NCBI GenBank assembly: GCA_951406725.2
Contig: OX597833.1
Coordinates: 57,474,001 to 57,538,000 of the forward strand
Direction of reading: 5' to 3'
DNA from: Octopus vulgaris
Taxonomy: Eukaryota
Length of the DNA: 64,000 nt
The notes beneath the pieces were generated by a model that was not told where the DNA came from, searched no databases, and worked only from the letters and a program-made list of their open reading frames with translations. Each line of letters opens with the position of its first letter. Position 1 is the stretch's first letter. The translations under genes were made by a program, and so were the position numbers. Of this stretch, positions 25,859-39,865 are shown piece by piece.

Positions 25859-27119
25859 GATATATTGTCGAAGTTTTTGTAGAAAGTCAGAATAGAAAGA
25901 GCGGTCAATAGAGCTGAATGTACACTAAATAATAATAATTACACACAGGCACATAAAAGTGTGTGCGCGTGTATTATATATATATATATATATTATATAT
26001 GTATGAAAAGAGAGACGGCAGGTCAAGCCAGTTACACGATTAAATGTCGTTTGTCAGCCTCGTTGTCAATCTCACAAGCCCTAATTAGTGAGTGTATAAA
26101 CAAATACACATTATAAAATAACAAGCGATTTGGGTATCAAAGGGAGACGCACATTACATACGACGGACATAACCTGCATAACACACAAATTACATTCATA
26201 TTTTGCTTCGGTGATCGGAATGTGTCCATGCTGGGGCACCACCTTGAACGATTTGAGTCGAACAAATTGATCCAGTACTTTTCGAAATTGTTTTTTTTTT
26301 TTTTGTCTAATTAAAACAATAATAATAATAATAATTGTGTACAGTGCTCAGGTGCACTACAACTCATCTAAAGTGTATATATAATCAGGTGTAGTTTCGG
26401 CGGATTCCCTTTTACCGAATCGCTAGACTACGAGGACGTAAACAAACCAACACCGCTTGCCAAGTGGTGGTGAGACACACAATGTACACACACACACACA
26501 TACACAACAGGATTTTTTTTTTTTTTCAGTTTCCGTTTACCATATCCACTGACAAGGGGCCTTGGTCGGATCGAACCGGGAACCATGTGGTTGGGGGAAG
26601 CAGACTTTCTTACCACACAGCCACGCCTGCGCCTATATAAAGACGCGTAGGCACACATTACATTTCAAACCTGAGGTCAAGGAAGCTATTCTAGACTTGG
26701 AGGAAATTTTAAAGAGTCCAAGGAAGGCTTTGGAAATTCCTGTAGGGAAAGAGCGGCAAGACTTCCTCCCACCCCACAAAAATCACCCTTAAAAAAAAAA
26801 AAATTTTTTTTTCTATTTTCTTTCCGAAAGTGCTTTTAGACTGTCTTGATTAAATTTACCGAAAAAAAATCTTCAGCTTTAATTCTTTGCACTGTTTTCA
26901 GTTGAATATATTTTCATCAATGTTGATTTTCAAGGATGCTAAAGTTAAATGAATAATCTAGTGTTGTTAATTTTATGTTTTGATTAAAGGAACACGCTTT
27001 TGTTGTCTTATGTGTGTGTGTGGTGGGGAGGAAATAAGGAATGGTAGGTTTGGTAAAGAAGGAAAACAAAAGAAACACTGCACTAGAATGACAAACGACA
27101 GCTTGCAGAATGCCGGAAA

Positions 27120-27830
27120 TTATACATAGATATACATGCGTGTGTGCGCACAATATATATATATACACACACACACAAACATGTAAACAATATATACACA
27201 TATACGTGCGTATGTATACGATTATAAGTATATGTTTGCGTGCAACTCCAACATATACACACACAAGCATGTATACAATATATATACGTGCGTGTGTATA
27301 TGATTATATGTACATGTTTGTGTGCATGTCCAACACACACACACATATATATATGTACACGTTTGCATGCATATCCAACACACACACACAAACATGTATA
27401 CAATATATATACGTGCGTGTGTATATAATTATAAGTATATGTTTGCGTGCATGTCCAACATATACACACACACACATATATATATATACACACACAAGCA
27501 TGTATACAATATATATATACGTGCGTGTGTATATGATTATATGTACATGTTTGCGTGCATGTCCAACACACACACACACATATATATATAATATATATAT
27601 AAACACACAAAAACATGTATACAATATATATACGTGCGTGTGTATATGATTATATGTACATGTTTGCGTGCATGTCCAACACACACATATATATATATAT
27701 ATATATACACACACAACATACACAAGCATGTATACAATATATATACGTGCGTGTGTATATGATTAATATGTACATGTTTGCGTGCATGTCCAACACACAC
27801 ACACACATATATATATATATATGCGTGTGT
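27120..27830. repeat. Degenerate minisatellite (~110-120-bp unit built around microsatellites)
   Basis: Recurring CATGTATACAATATATATACGTGCGTGTGTATATGATTATATGTACATGTTTGCGTGCATGTCCAAC, about 6 copies. Confidence 0.85.
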
Positions 27831-28449
27831 TTGTGTGTATAGATAGTGCACAAAATCAGTGTATATTTGTATGTATATACTGTGGAAGGTTAGGTTTAAG
27901 ATATATAAAAGACAATCTCTCTCTCTCACACACACACACACACACGCGCGCATGTGTGTGTGAGTGTAATTTTAATGTACAAATTAGTAAAATCGATAAT
28001 TCAAAAGTTCATCGAACGGTGGTGACCCAAACACGCGGTTTTCATGAGCTCATTTATCTATCTATATCTATCTATCTATTTATCTATGAGAAATATGTTT
28101 AGACATGTAACTAATAATTACAAAAGGAAATTAAGACCGTTCCTTACATATCTGGAGTGTCTCGTTTTTTTTTTTGTTTTTTTTTATTATTATACGTTCA
28201 GTTCACCTGTGTTCGGTGTGAGAGAGATACTTTAAAAAAGGAACGTTTTATAAATATAAAACAGCAAAGATTAACTTTAATAAAGGATTTAAAACGGATA
28301 TGGAGGCTTAATAAGCTTATGCACCCGGTGTAACTTCTATGTCACTGTCGTTCAAATTCTTAAATATTAATTATACAACAAAATAATTGACACTGCCGAC
28401 TTCCTATATATATATATATTGAATTTTCAACCCCTATCTCATTTTATAA

Positions 28450-28490
<41 letters not shown>

Positions 28491-28599
28491 TATTAAACGT
28501 TTTGTACACTCACAGATATTTGAACGAAGACATATACACACATACACAGATGTTTCTGTGTGTGTGTGTACATGACAGTTTAAGCAAAAACGAGTATAT

Positions 28600-28655
<56 letters not shown>

Positions 28656-29112
28656 GTATTACTTAAGAAGTACCTATATATGTATATATACATTCGTTTT
28701 ATGGGGTTAATGTCTGATTAATAAGAGCAAAATCATTTTAAGCGGTCTCTCTCTTTCTCTAATATGTGTGTCTGTGTGTGTGTGTGCGTGTGTGTAAAGA
28801 AACACGAAATACTGGATTGTTTATAAATGTATATCGAGATATATTTTATCTCATTAATATTTCATAGACCTAAATATGCCCGATGTTTATTAGTCGGAAA
28901 TGATCAAATACAAATTATTGATAATTTCGAATGCGGATATTGACATCGAGTTTATTTTTGTTTATGGAAGTCAGGTTAAAACTAACAAACAAACAAAAAA
29001 CCCGTCACCAAGCAGAGGCGGAGAGAGAAGAGGTTGATGGTTGTAAACGGGAAAATATAAGACACAAAACAAAAGTTACAGATATATAAAACAAGAAAAA
29101 AAAAAGTCTTAC

Positions 29113-29230
29113 CTTGTAAAAATATAAGGTAAATAAAAGTCCAGTAATGTTTATGCATGTGATGGAGAGATGAACAGCGGTAAGGTCCGGTGTGTTGGGA
29201 AACACAGGTGAGTAATTGCGAGAGACACAT
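29113..29230 (-). CDS. Probable first coding exon of a secreted or membrane protein (signal-peptide-like)
   Basis: aattaacaATG context; MCLSQLLTCVSQHTGPYRCSSLHHMHKHYWTFIYLIFLQ plus 1 nt; consensus donor CAAG|GTAAGA followed by T-rich intron-like sequence; lies in a repeat-free island. Confidence 0.6.
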
Positions 29231-30235
29231 TGTTAATTGCGTATGGCGATGGTTGTAGTTTGTCGTTCGATGTAATTTGAATAATATAATATAAATATAT
29301 ATATATATATATGTGTATATATATTTATTTATATTTTAAAAGGTTGGTTCGTGACGAATAAATAAAAAATAAAATGTTTATCCAAAATAATCCGGGAAGC
29401 AAGGTATGTTTTGTTAATAAATATATATATATGTATATATAGTTAATTAGTTATTCCAAATTTATAAAATAAAACCAGAGACCGAAGGCAGCTGTGGTAG
29501 TAAAAAGTGTTGTTGTTTGTGGTCGTGGTATTGGTTGTTTTTCAGTTGTGAGGGAATGGAGACGGTTGGACATTTCGAAATCCCATTGAAAGATTTTAAA
29601 AAGCTTTACTTACTCCGTGTAAAAAGAGACACTTAACATCCATCCAGTAGCTTGGTGGTTAGAGAGAACTTTGGTCAGTTTTATCTCTCTCTTTCACACA
29701 TACAACACACACACCATACGCGCATTCACACTACCGAGGTATCCACAATAATATACTACTAGGTCTTTCTGTAATAATATACTTTCTCTTTCTCGAGCTT
29801 CTACGGAAAGAAAAGGTGGGGTAAGGTGTTCGTACTCCACCCTCGAAGGTTAGGGTATACTTTCTTTTCCTTCTCTTTTTAAAATTTTTTTTCTCCGGCT
29901 TTGTTGCAGTAATTGTGCGTACGTGGGGTGGTGTAGTACTTCCCTATCGTCTTCGAGTCCCAAGTCGCGGAGAAGACGACGAACACAAACAAACGAACAA
30001 ACACTAAATAACTAAGACCACTAACTACAATCACACCAACAACAAACAACCACAGGGGTAGTAATAGGAATAATAATAATAATAATCGCAGTGGTGACAC
30101 CGACAAGAGCAAGAAGACGACGAATCCACTTGCACCGTCGCCCACATCCTCCAAGCGACTTAATTAAGCCAGTGGTTTTAGTCGAGAAAGAAGAAAGACA
30201 ACACTGTCAGTCAGTGACTAACTAAGCAACTCTTT
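29231..30235 (-). promoter_or_regulatory. Putative 5'UTR and core promoter of the minus-strand gene
   Basis: About 1 kb free of SINEs and relatively CpG-rich; Inr-like TTAGTT/TTAGTC motifs on the minus strand near 30215-30225; GA-rich (minus) region beyond. Confidence 0.4.
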
Positions 30236-30735
30236 CTCTTTCACCCTCCCTCTTTACCTTTTACTATATCTTTCACACACGCTCAATATTTATCACCACA
30301 TTCCACCCTCCCTCCCTCTCTCCTTCAATACTTCTATATCTTTCTGTCACGTTTACCTTTTTCTATTACTCTTTCTATTACTCCTCCTTCCATATCTTCC
30401 CCCTCACTATATCTCTTGCTATCTCTCTTCCCTATACTCAATATTTACCTCCCACATTCTCTCTCTTTCATTATAATTTCTTTCAGTCGTAACGCTCACT
30501 TTATCTTTATTACTCTTTCTTTCTCTTTTTTCCTTTACAATATTTCTCCGAATCGTTTAACTTTTTATTACATTCTTTCTTTCCAATCATTACAAACAAA
30601 ACAAAACAAACAAATTCTCTCTCTCTCTCCACCGTTCGCTCTGTCGCTCGCTAAGTTTCTTTCTCGATAAAGTTCATTCCGCTACTCACACTCGTTCTCA
30701 TAAACTTATTCTCTCGACTTCTCTTTACTATTACT

Positions 30736-31145
30736 TACTTCTTTACTATCCACAAGGGGCTAAACACAGAGAGGACAAACAAGGACAGACATAGGTATTA
30801 AGTCGATTACATCGACCCCAGTGCGTAACTGGTACTTAATTTATCGACCCCGAAAGGATGAAAGGCAAAGTCGACCTCGGCGGAATTTGAGCTCAGAACG
30901 TAACGGCAGACAAACTACCTATTTCTTTATTACCCACAAGGGGCTAAACACAGAGGGGACAAACATGCACAGACATAGGTATTAAGTCGATTACATTGAC
31001 CCCAGTGCGTAACTGGTACTTAATTTATCGACCCCGAAAGGATGAAAGGCAAAGTCGACCTCGGCGGAATTTGAACTCAGAACGTAACGGCAGACGAAAT
31101 ACCGCTAAGCATTTCGCCCGGCATGCTAACGGTTCTGCCAGCTCG
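30736..31145 (-). mobile_element. Nin/Deu-domain SINE dimer
   Basis: Head plus two bodies; 15-bp TSD CTCTTTACTATTACT at 30721-30735 and 31146-31160. Confidence 0.9.
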
Positions 31146-31512
31146 CTCTTTACTATTACTGCTACCCACACTCTTTCTCTCATTTTACATGGATTTCCTT
31201 CTTAGTTTTTTTCTTCTTTTTTTTTTTTTTACTTCTTTCTCTCATTCGACTTCGACCATGTCGGGGCACCGCCTTGAAGGGTTGTTAGTCGAAACAAAAC
31301 AACTCCTTCACCTCGCCCGCCCGCGCGTACTTATTTTAAAGCCGGGTGGTACTTATTTTATTTTGTCCCCTATGTCGAGCCGGTAGATTACGAGGACGTA
31401 AACAAACCTACACTGGTTGTCTAGCGTTGATGGGGGGTGGATAAAAACAAAGGCACACACATATGCATATATACATAAATACACACACATACACACGCAC
31501 ATATATATATAT

Positions 31513-31717
31513 TTTTACTTCTTTCAGTTATTAGTCTGTGGCCATACTGGGGCACCGCCTTGAAGAATTTTTAGTCGAATGAATCGACCCCAGTATTTTT
31601 TTTTTATCAGTTCTCTTTTGGCGAACCGCTAAGATACGGCTACGTAAACACACCAACACTGGTTGTCAAGCGATGGCGGAAGACAAACGTACACACACAC
31701 ACACACACACACACACT

Positions 31718-31748
<31 letters not shown>

Positions 31749-32040
31749 TCAAACACACACTCAAGCACACACACAAACACTCAAACACACACACACACAC
31801 ACACACACACTCAAACACACACACACTCAAACACACACACAAACACTCAAACACACACACATGTGTATATATATAAGATGGGCTTCTTTCAGTTTCCAAT
31901 TACCAAATCCACTCTTAAAGCTTTGGTCGGACCCGTAGCTATAAAAAGAAGACACTCGCCCAAAGTGCCACGCAGTGGGACTGAACTCGTAACCATGTGG
32001 TTGAGAACCAAACATTTTAATCACACAGCCACGCCTGCAT
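31513..32040 (-). mobile_element. Diverged CORE-type SINE with expanded internal (CA)n
   Basis: Tail half, (CA)n/CTCAAA repeats, then head half. Confidence 0.8.
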
Positions 32041-32421
32041 TCTTAAATTTTTTTCCTTACATACAATCGCTTTCTCTGTCTGTCTGTCTGTCTCTCTCAC
32101 TCTCTCTCTCTCTTTCTCTCTTCCTTCTTAAAACTACAACTACTATTAATACTATTAATACTTTTTCAATTTTTTCTCTCATTTTACCACACACACACAC
32201 ACGTCCTCCCCCTCTTTCTCCTCTCTCCTCTCTTCTCTTTCCATATGCAACGCTCCTCCTCCGCTCTTGTTTTAAATCCATCGTCTCTCATCTCCCCCTT
32301 CCACCCCGATTCCCAGTTTTACAGTTTCTCTTTCAAACTAACGCTTTTGTCTTTCTTTTCAAAAGTTACTTCCTCCACTCTGCCGATCTTTTAAAAGCTG
32401 TCTTTCTTTTCATCTCTCCAA

Positions 32422-32467
<46 letters not shown>

Positions 32468-32781
32468 CACACACATACACAAATACGATCATTCTTATTT
32501 AATTTATTAGTCTCTCTCTCTTCCATTAAAAACGAAATTTATTAAACAACAACCTCTTCCTACTGTTTAAAGTTAACTATAGTCTTTCTCTTTTCTTTCT
32601 CCTCTTAAAAAGTTTTCCTTCTCTATCTCAAACTTATCTCTACCTTATCTCTCTCACATTTTAAGCTCTCACCCACATCTCTTTCCACATTCTATCTTTC
32701 AAATTCGTTCTCGCTCTTCTGCTTTCATTTAAAATAGTATGTCTCAACTATTTCTCTTTGTCTACGGATCCCTTTGCTAAC

Positions 32782-33194
32782 TATTTATTCCTTTACTGCC
32801 CACAAGGGGCTAAACACAGAGAGGACAAACAAGGACAGACAAACGGATTAAGTCGATTATATCGACCCCAGTGCGTAACTGGTACTTATTTAATCGACCC
32901 CGAAAGGATGAAAGGCAAAGTCGACCTCGGTGGAATTTGAACTCAGAACGTAAGAAATGCTTATTTCTTTACTACCCACAAAGGGCTTAAACACAGAGGG
33001 GACAAACAAGGACTGACAAACGGATTAAGTCGATTATATCGACCCCAGAGCGTAACTGGTACTTATTTAATCGACCCCGAAAAGATGAAAGTCAAGGTCG
33101 ACCTCGGCGGAATTTGGACTCAGAACGTAGCGGCAGACGAAATACCGCTAAACATTTCGCCCAGCGTGCTAACGATTCTGCCAGCTCGCCGCCT
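32782..33194 (-). mobile_element. Nin/Deu-domain SINE dimer
   Basis: Head plus two bodies; 11-bp TSD CCTTTGCTAAC at 32771-32781 and 33197-33207. Confidence 0.9.
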
Positions 33195-33293
33195 TGCCTT
33201 TGCTAACAATTTTACTCATGTGGAACCTCATGCCGATTCGATGTTTAAAAAGCTCCTATTATATTTCCTATAATTTCTATAATTTCAATTGTA

Positions 33294-33671
33294 GCAGGAG
33301 TGGCTGTGTGGTAAGTAGCTTGGTAACCAACCACATGGTTCCGGGTTCAGTCCTACTGCGTGGCATCTTGGGCAAGTGTCTTCTGCTATAGCCCCGGGTT
33401 GACCAATGCCTTGTGAGTGGATTTGGTAGACGGAAACTGAAAGAAGCCTGTATACGTATGTGTGTGTTTGTGTGTCTGTGTTTGTCCTCTTAGCATTGCT
33501 TGACAACCGATGCTGGTGTGTTTACGTCCCCGTAACTTAGCGGTTCGGCAAAAGAGAGACCGATAGAATAAGTACTGGGCTTACAAAGAATAAGTCTCGG
33601 GGTCGATTTGCTCGATTAAAGGCGGTGCTCCAGCATGGCCGCAGTCAAATGACTGAAACAAGTAAAAGAGT
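33294..33671 (+). mobile_element. Full-length CORE-type SINE
   Basis: Complete head to tail; AATTGTA repeated on both flanks; an inverted tail-half copy follows at ~33705-33905. Confidence 0.92.
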
Positions 33672-33900
33672 AATTGTACAAAAATAATTATTAAAATATT
33701 TTCTTTCACTCGTTTCAGTCATTTGACTGTGGCCATGCTGGAGCACCGCCTTTAGTCGAGCAAATCGACTCCGGCACTTATTCTTTGTAAGCCTAGTACT
33801 TATTCTATCGGTCTATCTTTTGCCGAACTGCTAAGTTACGGGAAGGTAAACGCACCAGCATCGGTTGTCAAACGATGTTGGGGGGACAAACACAGACACA

Positions 33901-33943
<43 letters not shown>

Positions 33944-34329
33944 ACACACGCACACACACACAAACAAACACATAAATCAGCCGAAATTGCGAGGATTATC
34001 CGGTTCTTGACTGAGGATAAAAGGCTTCGAATGACCCGTCCTTGATTTTTGTATCGTCTATCTGGATGTTTTGTTGTCCCTTTTTGTATCACCTAGTTGT
34101 CCGGACGTTTTGCGTTCTTGTCCCATTTTGTATTTTATATATATATGTATATGTATATACTGTTGTGTCTGGGAGAGTCATTCTCTTTTAGTGCCTTATT
34201 ATCGGTGAGTGTGTTGAATAATAAGGCACTAAAAGAGAATGACTCTCCCCAGACACAACAGAATATGCTTCAACACACGGACTCATATAAAGAATCTTGC
34301 AAACCAAATCCAAAATCGAAATATATGTA

Positions 34330-34371
<42 letters not shown>

Positions 34372-34873
34372 CATATATATGCGTGTGTGTGTGTGTATGT
34401 GTGTGTGTGAGTGAATGTGTGTGTATGTGTGTGTGTTTATATAACGAATTTAGGGAAAGACAAAATGGAATTCACAAGATTCTTCGTGATTGATAAAGAA
34501 TCTCGTGAATTCTATTTTCTGTTCTTCTAATTTGTTAAACACTCGACTGGGGAATTCCTGAGGTAGACCCAGTGGCATTTTTTATCAATACTGCGGATGA
34601 CATCAGGTAGCCATAGACAGAGAAAGTGCTTTAATCGGCGTACTACCAGGATTTATACCGAAGGCTTGAATAAATACTCATACGTACATACATATATATC
34701 AATGCGTGTATGTATGTATGTATGTATGTATGTATGTATGTATGTATATTCAGCCGAAATTGCGAGGATGATCCGGTTCTTGACTGAAGATTAGAGGTTT
34801 CGAATGACCCGTCCGTTTTCGTATCGTCTATTTGAATGTTTTGCGTTCTTGTCCCATTTTATATATTTTTTAT

Positions 34874-34905
<32 letters not shown>

Positions 34906-35578
34906 GTAGCAAATAAGAAAATGGAGAAGCACAATAGTTGGTTCATCAACTTTAGGACATTAAAATCTTAACTTATTTATTTATCAAAACGACTCTCCAT
35001 TTTCTTATTTGCAATATAAATTTATGGTAAAATATCTCTTTACCTTCACCCATTTAAAACAATAAGTAAGTTAATTGCAATGCAATTAAAAACACCTGTG
35101 TATTAATAATTGGGTATTATACCAACAATATATTGGATAGATATTATCCCTTAGTGGGTTGGATCCACAACCCCTAACTTTCTTGGAGTTATATATAAAA
35201 AATTAGAAGGAAAACCACCTTTTATCAATTCAAAATGAACAATTAAATTACACCATCTAGAAAATTAAATATAATAGAAAAATTGAAATTAAAATTGAAA
35301 AATTGAAATTAAAATATTATATTGTGTGAAATTTGATTTAGTATTTCTAAATTGAATTTTTTCCTTGTAAGTTTGGATTTTATTCCCTTAAATAATAAAT
35401 ATATATATATATAAATATATATATATAATCGGTTAAGTAATTGAGATTCTAGTGAATTCTAAAGAATTCACATGAATATGGTCCTTAACTAGGATGCACC
35501 GGAAATCTATATGGTGTTAACCATACGACAAGTGGGGTGATTACAAATAGGAAAAAAGCAACAAGAATGGATTAAAAT

Positions 35579-35664
35579 CTCGGTACGATCGTTTCGTACA
35601 AGGACATCTTTAATAAGCTACAAAAAATGCAGTGAATACAGATGGCTCGTACTCGTCAGCCGAA
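35579..35664 (-). ncRNA. Type I hammerhead ribozyme, canonical core (left-arm copy)
   Basis: Reverse complement of 36381-36466; the single difference turns a helix II G-C pair into G-U. Confidence 0.85.
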
Positions 35665-36380
35665 AAAACATCAGAGAATTCCCAAACATCAAAAGGGGTA
35701 GATACAAAAGAGGTTGTAAGATTAGCTGCATTGAAGAAAGTTCGATTCATGGAGATCCGATGAAAGGTTTTAAACTTACAGAATTTGTGCATGTCTACAT
35801 ATAGCTCATATTGAATATTTAATCAAGTTGCGTGAAGAAATTTTCGGATACAGTCATGCAAAATTTCTGAAAATCCGAGTAAGAGGCAAAGTGACTGCCA
35901 TATCATGTAGAGGAAAGTCTGAGTAAAAGCAAAGTGACTGTCATATCGTGTAGAGGAACAGATTGTTATTGAAATTTACAAGAATCGCAGATAAGTTCGA
36001 TTTTTGGAGATCCGATGAAAAAGTCTTGAACTTACAAAATATGTGTATGTCCTTATAGTTCATAATCCAGTTTTGTGAAGAGATTTAGGGTACAATCATG
36101 CGAAAAATATATTTGCTTTTACTCAGACTTTCCTCTACATGATATGGCAGTCACTTTGCCTCTTACTCGGATTTTCAGAAATTTTGCATGACTGTATCCG
36201 AAAATTTCTTCACACAACTTGATTAAATATTCAATATGAGCTATATGTAGACATGCACAAATTCTGTAAGTTTAAAACCTTTCATCGGATCTCCATGAAT
36301 CGAACTTTCTTCAATGCAGCTAATCTTACAACCTCTTTTGTATCTACCCCTTTTGATGTTTGGGAATTCTCTGATGTTTT

Positions 36381-36466
36381 TTCGGCTGACGAGTACGAGC
36401 CATCTGTATTCACTGCATTTTTTGTAGCTTATTAAAGATGTCCTCGTACGAAACGATCGTACCGAG
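36381..36466 (+). ncRNA. Type I hammerhead ribozyme, canonical core
   Basis: UUCGG-CUGACGA-GUACGAG..CAUCU...AGAUG..CUCGUAC-GAAA-CGAUCG-U-A-CCGAG; palindromic helix III ACGAUCGU; predicted GUA cleavage after 36461. Confidence 0.9.
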
Positions 36467-36930
36467 ATTTTAATCCATTCTTGTTGCTTTTTTCCTAAAT
36501 ATATATATATATATATATGACTGGCTTCTTTCAGTTTCCGTCTAGCAAATCCACCCCACAAAGCTTTGGTCGGTCCGGGTTTATAGCAGAGGACACTTGT
36601 CCAAGGTGCCATGTTGTAGGACTGAACCCAGAACCATGTGGTTCGGAGACAAACTTTTTACCACAGCCGTATTTGCCTCTTTTAACGTATCCCTTTACCT
36701 TTTCTCTCGTTTGAGTCATTCTTCTTCATCTATTCTCTCAACTTCTCGTCCTTCTCATATTTAGCAATCTTATTTTCTTATTCTTTTCTCTCTGTCTCTC
36801 TTTATTTTTCAGTAATAACCATTTTAAAATAAATCTTTGAACTCTCCTTCTCTCTTTCTCCTCTCTCCGTCTTTCTCCATCTAACGTTCACTTCCTACCT
36901 CTAGCTTTTCAAGCGATAACATTTATCTAT

Positions 36931-37219
36931 ATATTTCAGTCATTTTTCAAAGATATACTTCAGCCTATTACTAAGTCTCCATATAAATATATATAAATAT
37001 ACATATTTCAGTCATTTTTCAAAGATATACTTCAGCCTATTACTAAGTCTCCATATAAATATATATAAATATACATATTTCAGTCATTTTTCAAAGATAT
37101 ACTTCAGCCTATTACTAAGTCTCCATATAAATATATATAAATATATATATTTCAGTCATTTTTCAAAGATATACTTCTGCCCATTACTAAGTCTCCGTAT
37201 AAATATATATAAATATATA
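36931..37219. repeat. 72-bp minisatellite, 4 copies
   Basis: Units begin ATATTTCAGTCATTTTTCAAAG at 36931, 37003, 37075 and 37147. Confidence 0.93.
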
Positions 37220-38859
37220 CATATATACATATGTATATATTTATCGCTGCCTCTCTCGCTCTCGCTCTCTCTGTCTCTCTGAGCTCTTCTCTGTCTCTCT
37301 CCCTTCTTCCTCTCTCTAATTGACTTATTTATTATTCACGTCTCCCTCCATTTCCTATACATTTTTTAAATATATATAATCCCCCTCTTCTCAATAAAAG
37401 CTTACTGTTCTTCTGCTTAATCACTGATTAAACTATCTCTCTCTCTCATTCACAAACGTACACGCCGATAAAGTTGGCTTACACACACACACACACATAC
37501 ACACACTACTCTGATACAGTTTGCACACATATACACTCTTATCAAACTAGCCCATTTCCCCCCCTCTCTCTTCTCTCTGTCTTTCACCGTCTTTCTCCTC
37601 TATTATTATCTTCACTTTACCTCCTACACCTCTACCCTCTCTCTCTCTTTCACTTTCTGTGTTTCCGTATTTTCCCCCTCCTCTTTAAGTTCCCTCCACC
37701 CTCTACTCCTTTACTCTCTGTCTTTCTCTCTTCTCCCCCTGTTTTTCTCTTTCTGTATCACCAAGTTCACACCCCGTCTCATACTTTCACCCTCTTCTCT
37801 CTCTCTCCTCCCCTTTACCACTATGTTCACACCCTTCCTACACCTTTACACTTTCTTCTCTCTTTTTAATCTTCTCTCTGCCTTTTTCCCTCTCTATCAC
37901 CGTCTTTATCCCCCTCCCTCTTTAAGTTTACTCCACCCCTAACACCTTTACTCTTTCTTTCTCTCTCTTCCGTCCCCCTCTCACTGAGTTTACTCCCACC
38001 ACTACACATTTCCTCTCCTCCCTTGTATCACTATGTTCACACCCTTCCCTACACCTTTACACTTTCTTCTCTCTTTATATCTTCTCTTTCTTTCTCCCTC
38101 TCTATCACTAACTTCACTTCACCTCCTACACCTCTACCCCTCTCTCTCTGCTTTTCTCTTTCTCCGTCTTTATCCCCCTCCCTCTTTAAATTTACTCCAC
38201 CCCTAACACCTTTACTCTCTCTCTCTCCCTCTCTCTCTCTCTCTGTTCCGTCCTCCCTCTCACTGAATTGACTCCCACCACTACACCTTTACTCTTTCTC
38301 TCCCCTTTCCTCTCTGTCCTCTCTCTCTCTCTCTCTCTGAACCTCCGCAATTTTTATATGATAACAGCCTTCCAATTGCATTTCCAAACGTGCACAAATC
38401 CATATTGTACAGGTTACACAGAAGAATGCTTGGCGAAACAAACAAATAAAAAAATAAACAAGTAAATAAATAAACAAATAAATAAATAAATAAAATAAAA
38501 CAACCTAGACACGCCTGCTGTAAAAAAAACTCATAGTAAAGTGAACACTAGGATACGCGAATTCGTAAGCCAAGAACTTTATTAAATTAAAATTACCGTC
38601 GTAATAACGGGAGCAATCATATTTCTAAATGACAAATCCTGATGAAAGAGAAAGTGTATTTGTGTGTGTGTGTGTGTGTGTGGAGGGGTAGTGTGGGAAG
38701 GGGACACACCTGAAAAGTTAATTGATTAAAATAAATTTAATTTGGAATGTAATGTGAAGTTTAGTTATTTAGTGACACGGCTCAAACAACAACGACATCA
38801 ATTGTTAAGTATAAACATAAACATGCATATATACATAGACATACATACATATTCTTTCG

Positions 38860-39485
<626 letters not shown>

Positions 39486-39498
39486 ATAAGTATAAATA

Positions 39499-39600
<102 letters not shown>

Positions 39601-39805
39601 TACATGTACACTTATGTATTAATTATCAGCGACAGAAGCAGAATTAATACTAAAAAGCAATCTTTATATCCAACTTAACGTGGATGCCTTATTAGAACAC
39701 CGAATACTATGTCATTAGCCTTGAAAGATCCTCTCATACAGGCGCTTGGTGCTAAAAAGTACACACACATACAATGTAGCAGACGAGCATCGGCTGTCAT
39801 GAGCG

Positions 39806-39865
39806 CCAGAATCCCAATGTCGCATGATTTCATCCCACTGGGAATCATCAGTGGGAGACCTCCGG
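39806..39865 (-). ncRNA. Candidate type I hammerhead with extended helix I
   Basis: CCGGA-gguc-UCCCA-CUGAUGA-u-UCCC(agu)GGGA-u-GAAA-UC(augc)GA-CAU-UGGGA-u-UCUGG; junction at positions 16.1/17 is imperfect. Confidence 0.5.

Larger units (their letters stand above)
35428..36497. mobile_element. Penelope-pLTR/retrozyme-like insertion with a 386-bp inverted duplication
   Basis: Arms 35548-35933 and 36112-36497 (two mismatches seen), 178-bp spacer, (TA)n at both outer ends; each arm carries an HHR. Confidence 0.8.

Noticed and set aside
29170-29410. Plus-strand donor-like sites (CAG|GTGAGT ~29208, AAG|GTATGT ~29404)
   Set aside because: No plus-strand ORF or acceptor context; the minus-strand model fits better, although an antisense non-coding exon cannot be excluded
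33975-34135. Repeat family with CAGCCGAAATTGCG...CTGA(A/G)GA...TTCGAATG (also ~20390, 34750, 47880, 55670, 59910) as a hammerhead
   Set aside because: Has HHR-like words, but I could not build a consistent three-helix fold with a valid core order; probably a degenerate Penelope-type end
35610-36435. Two identical 60-aa ORFs on opposite strands
   Set aside because: By-product of the 386-bp inverted duplication; they overlap the ribozyme and have no protein-like features
36931-37219. Regular repeat resembling a CRISPR array
   Set aside because: Head-to-tail near-identical 72-bp units without unique spacers, in eukaryotic context
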